A stretch of DNA of 64,000 bases from Takakia lepidozioides (lineage: Eukaryota > Plantae > Bryophyta): assembly GCA_030704615.1 (NCBI GenBank), contig CM060731.1:36332001-36396000 (forward strand), given 5' to 3'. A program made the translations under genes and the position numbers. Below, in pieces: positions 60,467 to 64,000 of this stretch. Within the stretch, counting starts at the first letter, position 1. Every line of letters begins with the position of its first letter. The notes beneath the pieces were generated by a model that was given only the letters and a program-made list of their open reading frames with translations, did not search any database and had not been told where the DNA came from.

Positions 60467-62200
60467 ATGTTGTGCACTATCCCTGAGCTCTTAGGGTTGG
60501 ATTCTGAAGCTGAATTGCCTGAGGGGGAAGTAGATGATAGTGAATCAGATTCTGATTGTGACTATAATCTAGAAGACGATGATCTTGTTGACATCGACAA
60601 TCCTGACTTGATGGACTACTGTGTGGACATGGGGAATCCAACGCGTGAGGTGGGATTATATGATTTGCCGCCCAATTGGGAGCAGTGGGGTCTTGCTGAG
60701 TTGTTTGGTGATGACATGTGGAACTCCTCTCCTACTGAATTGCCAGACATTACATGGTTAGGTGGGGATTTGGGTCCTCGTTTGCCTTCTGGAGATTCAG
60801 CAAATCCAGTTGACTTTTTCAATTTATTTTGGTCGCTGTCGGTCATGCGCCGAATTTGCAGCATGACCAACTTGTATGCCAGGACAGAAAACCAGAATGG
60901 AAACCTGAAAGGAGGTAGTGGTACCCTATCACCATCCGTGAATTGAAGGCTTGACTTGTTGTTCACATGCTCATGGGAATCAAAAAAATTGCCTAGTACT
61001 AGATTGTATTGGAAAGCCAACAATGCCTTCTTCAATTGCCCTTCCATCATGCGCATTATGTCCCGCAACCAATGGGAGGCAATTTTGAGGTGCCTCCACC
61101 TTGTTGACAACAGGGATGTATGCACTATTGACACTGACCCTGCTTTTGATAAGTTAGCTAAAATCAGGTGGTTGCTAGATGCACTAAATGGTTTGTATGC
61201 CACCTACATGAGCCCCGAGCAGAATTTGACTGTGGATGAGCAAATGGTGAAGTATAAGGGCAAATATGCCCGAATCCAGCAATACCTGAGCAAGAAGCCT
61301 GTGAAGTGGGGTCTGAAGGTGTGGTGTTTGTATGGTGCATGTTCCAAATATGTTCAGAAGTTAGAGGTTTACCTTGGGAAGGATGATGGAAATGATATGA
61401 CCCATGGCAGTGGATATGGCGTGGTGACAAGGTTACTAGAAGGATTTGAGGGTAAGGGCCATATTGTAACGATGGATAATTTTTTCAGTAGCCACATCAT
61501 GTTCTATGATTTGGCAGCAAAACAGATCTATGCTACTGGCACGGTAAAAACCTCCCGAGTGGGCTTTCCTACGTGCCTTGATTTGGGGAAGAAGGGTGAG
61601 AGAGGTAGGCTGGAATATCGTGTTCACATAAGTGGCAAAGTAGCCGCTATTGCCTGGATAGATGTCAAGTTAGTGACCATGATTTCCACTGCCATTTCCC
61701 CTGTCGGTCCTGATTGCTTCATACAAAGATGGCACAAAGGGGCAAGACGTGCTATGCCTACCTCCCCTATTGTGGTTCATTACCAGCAACATATGCGGGG
61801 AGTGGATGTTCAGGATCAGCTACGGGGTTACTACTCTGTTCAGACCAGGGACCATAAATGGTGGCACTGCTTGTACTTTCATGGAGTTGACACTTCTTTG
61901 GTGAATGCTTACATATTGTACCTGGGTTTTATGAGGGGAAAGGGCCACATTCCTCTTAGCCACATGCTTTTCAATTTGGAGGTTGCAAAGGGACTAATTG
62001 TGGGGTGGGTTCCTCCCAGGAGAACAGTAATGCCAAGGGCAGATGTGCCCAACCCGGGGTCCGTGCATTTCTCCCTCAAGACTAGTAGGAGGAGGAAGTG
62101 TGTTCAGTGCGGTATGCGTCAAAGGTATTTTTGTCACGCGTGTAGAGATGTCTATATGTGCCTTGGACGATGCTTTGTCAAGAGCCATAGCCTTCTCTGA
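60467..62200 (+). pseudogene. piggyBac transposase (PGBD-like), disrupted at ~60910-60990
   Basis: Acidic N-terminus, PVDFFNLFW, DDD triad (LTVDEQM, TMDNFF, GVDVQDQ), KPVKWGLK, and C-terminal Cys-rich domain CVQC...FCHAC...CLGRCF...H. Two frameshifts and a TGA lie in WYPITIRELKA*LVVHMLMGIKK. Confidence 0.92.
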
Positions 62201-62698
62201 TTATAGATGCTTCTATGTTCAGTAATTGATATGGTTGATTTCTTACTGCAGAGACGTGAAGATCTTTGATGCCAAAGAGGGGGTATCCTCCTTACGGCAC
62301 TTTTTCTATGTAGTGGTGTTCTGTCTTTTTCTAAACACAGTGGTGTGTTTGGGGGTTGGTTTGTTGTTGATAGCCATGAAACGTTTGTACTGAGGATCCA
62401 GCCGTAGAGAGTCGCTTGACAGTCCAAGGAGAGGTATGATTTTGTGGTTGTGCAGTATTGGGGTTCACTGAGTCCTGATCTGAATGGTTTGTTTGCTACT
62501 CCAGCTTTTTGCCTTAGTGTTCACGTAGCTCCGAGGTCTTTGCTGCAACAATTTTGTGTTTCAATTAGGACTGAGTCCATTTTCATTGTGTCTAGTATAA
62601 TTATGTGGTAGTCCCCTAGTCAAGCGGGGGTGCGCACAAGGGTGGAGACTCCTTCCCTCCCTACTGGGGAGGAGTCTCCCCCCTTGTGTTCATGTGTA

Positions 62699-63199
62699 AG
62701 TTGCCAATTGGGGCAAGTTAGTGGGTTCAACTCCCACTCACACAATTCGGCGTGTAAAGGTGGGTTCATCTCTGGTTTTTCTGAGTTTGATTTGATGCTA
62801 GTGCTGGCCACATGTTGGTCTTTCTTTGTGTGAGCTGCCAGTTGGGGCAGGCCACTGGGTTCAATTCCCACTCACACACTAGAATTATCTGTGTTCAGGT
62901 TTGTATGTCGCCTCATTGTGTTGGAATTTTGCTGGCCTTCAAACTTGTGTAGCTGCCTCATTGTCTCTAAACTTTCGGAGTGTGCAGATTGTGTGGAACT
63001 TGGCCAAAAGCCTTCAGCATGGGCTGCCAGTTGGGGCAGCTCCATGGGTTCAAATCCCACCCATGCTTGGCCACTAAGGGTGGGAGATGAAGGTGAGGCT
63101 GTTTTGCATCTCTATATTTTGGGAGTTTGGGCTTGTGTGGAATTTGGCTTCAGCATGGGCTGCCAGCTGGGGCAGCTCTGTGGGTTCAAATCCCACCCA
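62699..63199. repeat. 4 dispersed ~40-bp direct repeats in the piggyBac 3' region
   Basis: G(C/T)TGCCA.(T/C)TGGGGCA......TGGGTTCAA.TCCCAC at ~62699, 62833, 63022 and 63159. Confidence 0.85.
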
Positions 63200-64000
63200 T
63201 GCTCTCCCACTATGGATGGGAGATGAAGTAGTGGGCTGCTGTGCTTGATTCTGGCCTTTGTCTTCATGTTGCTAGACTCCATTTTGTGTGCCTTAGGCTT
63301 GTGTGGAACTTGGGCAAAAGAATGAGAGCAGGTGGAAGCTGATGTGCACATGCCAGCTGTCTTTGTGCTTCAGCAAAATTGCTGCTGCCTATGGCATTTT
63401 GACCCCCCTTACTTTGACCAGTTGTAAATCAGAAAATATGAATCCATTTTTTGCATTCTATGGCTCATCAGAATGCCAATGTGCTAGACAACACCTGTAA
63501 GCAGGATGAGGTCCTGCAGATTTCATCCCGTCATTGAAATTGCAAATTCCTCCAATTTCCCTTATTGTTTTGGGAGGGGCCCAAAAAATGGGCCCACACT
63601 CAACGGTGGCGTTTCTCGGATTTTCGCCTGATTGGCCTGGAAATTTACAGGTGTCTGGAAGGGGTAGGTATGAGCAGAATGTCCGGTCAATTTTCCCAAA
63701 AACGTTTTTTTCGCTGAGATATTCTCATTTTTCTGAGCTGGGGTCCACTTTTTTCAAAAAGTCAACATTGGGCACTGGGCGCTTAAGGGTTAAGGGAGTA
63801 ATGTTGTTCCTTTCTTCCTTTCGTTCATTTTCGAAGTTACATGTGCATTCCGTGCTGCGGACGTTATGAAGTACCATTTCATTTCATTTCTCCCTCGCTT
63901 TCGTGGGAGGCATCTGTAATTTTGGAAAAGAGAGTCGAAGATGGACGTGGCCCTTGCGCAAGGACGAGACAAATGGTTCAAGATTCCGTAAGTTTCAGTG

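Larger units (their letters stand above)
59093..63789 (+). mobile_element. Complete piggyBac DNA transposon (4.7 kb)
   Basis: TTAA at 59089-59092 and 63790-63793. TIRs CCCCTAAGTGCCCA and TGGGCGCTTAAGGG; internal piggyBac transposase. Confidence 0.93.

Overview
This is a eukaryotic, intron-containing window made almost entirely of nested transposable elements. It is most likely from a non-seed land plant; that is inferred from the element families and gene fragments, not shown directly. Clear elements are: a young chromodomain Ty3/gypsy retrotransposon (24189-31149; 726-bp LTRs, TSD CAGAA); a 3'-truncated Ty1/copia element (minus strand, ~37281-52140); two solo LTRs of one family with different 5-bp TSDs; a complete TTAA-flanked piggyBac element (59093-63789); and two rearranged CACTA/EnSpm-like transposases with BAH-like C-termini plus accessory multi-exon genes. 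The most striking feature is an 11-kb Mutator-like element (37392-48429, 9-bp TSD GTTTCAAAC) inserted in the copia RT. It carries a GCM-like/DDE/SWIM transposase and, divergently, a spliced gene fusing a ParB/Srx-like domain (WDGNHR) to a beta-class amino-DNA-methyltransferase domain. The element contains 17 copies of a 22-bp palindrome (10-bp arms, 2-bp spacer), all in non-coding DNA. A related element end at the left of the window (1-2675) carries ~16 copies of a different 22-bp palindrome with the same geometry and the same TGCG-N4-CGCA core. I hypothesise a transposon-encoded ParB/parS-like self-recognition and DNA-modification system. All domain calls are by motif recognition from memory, with no database searches run.
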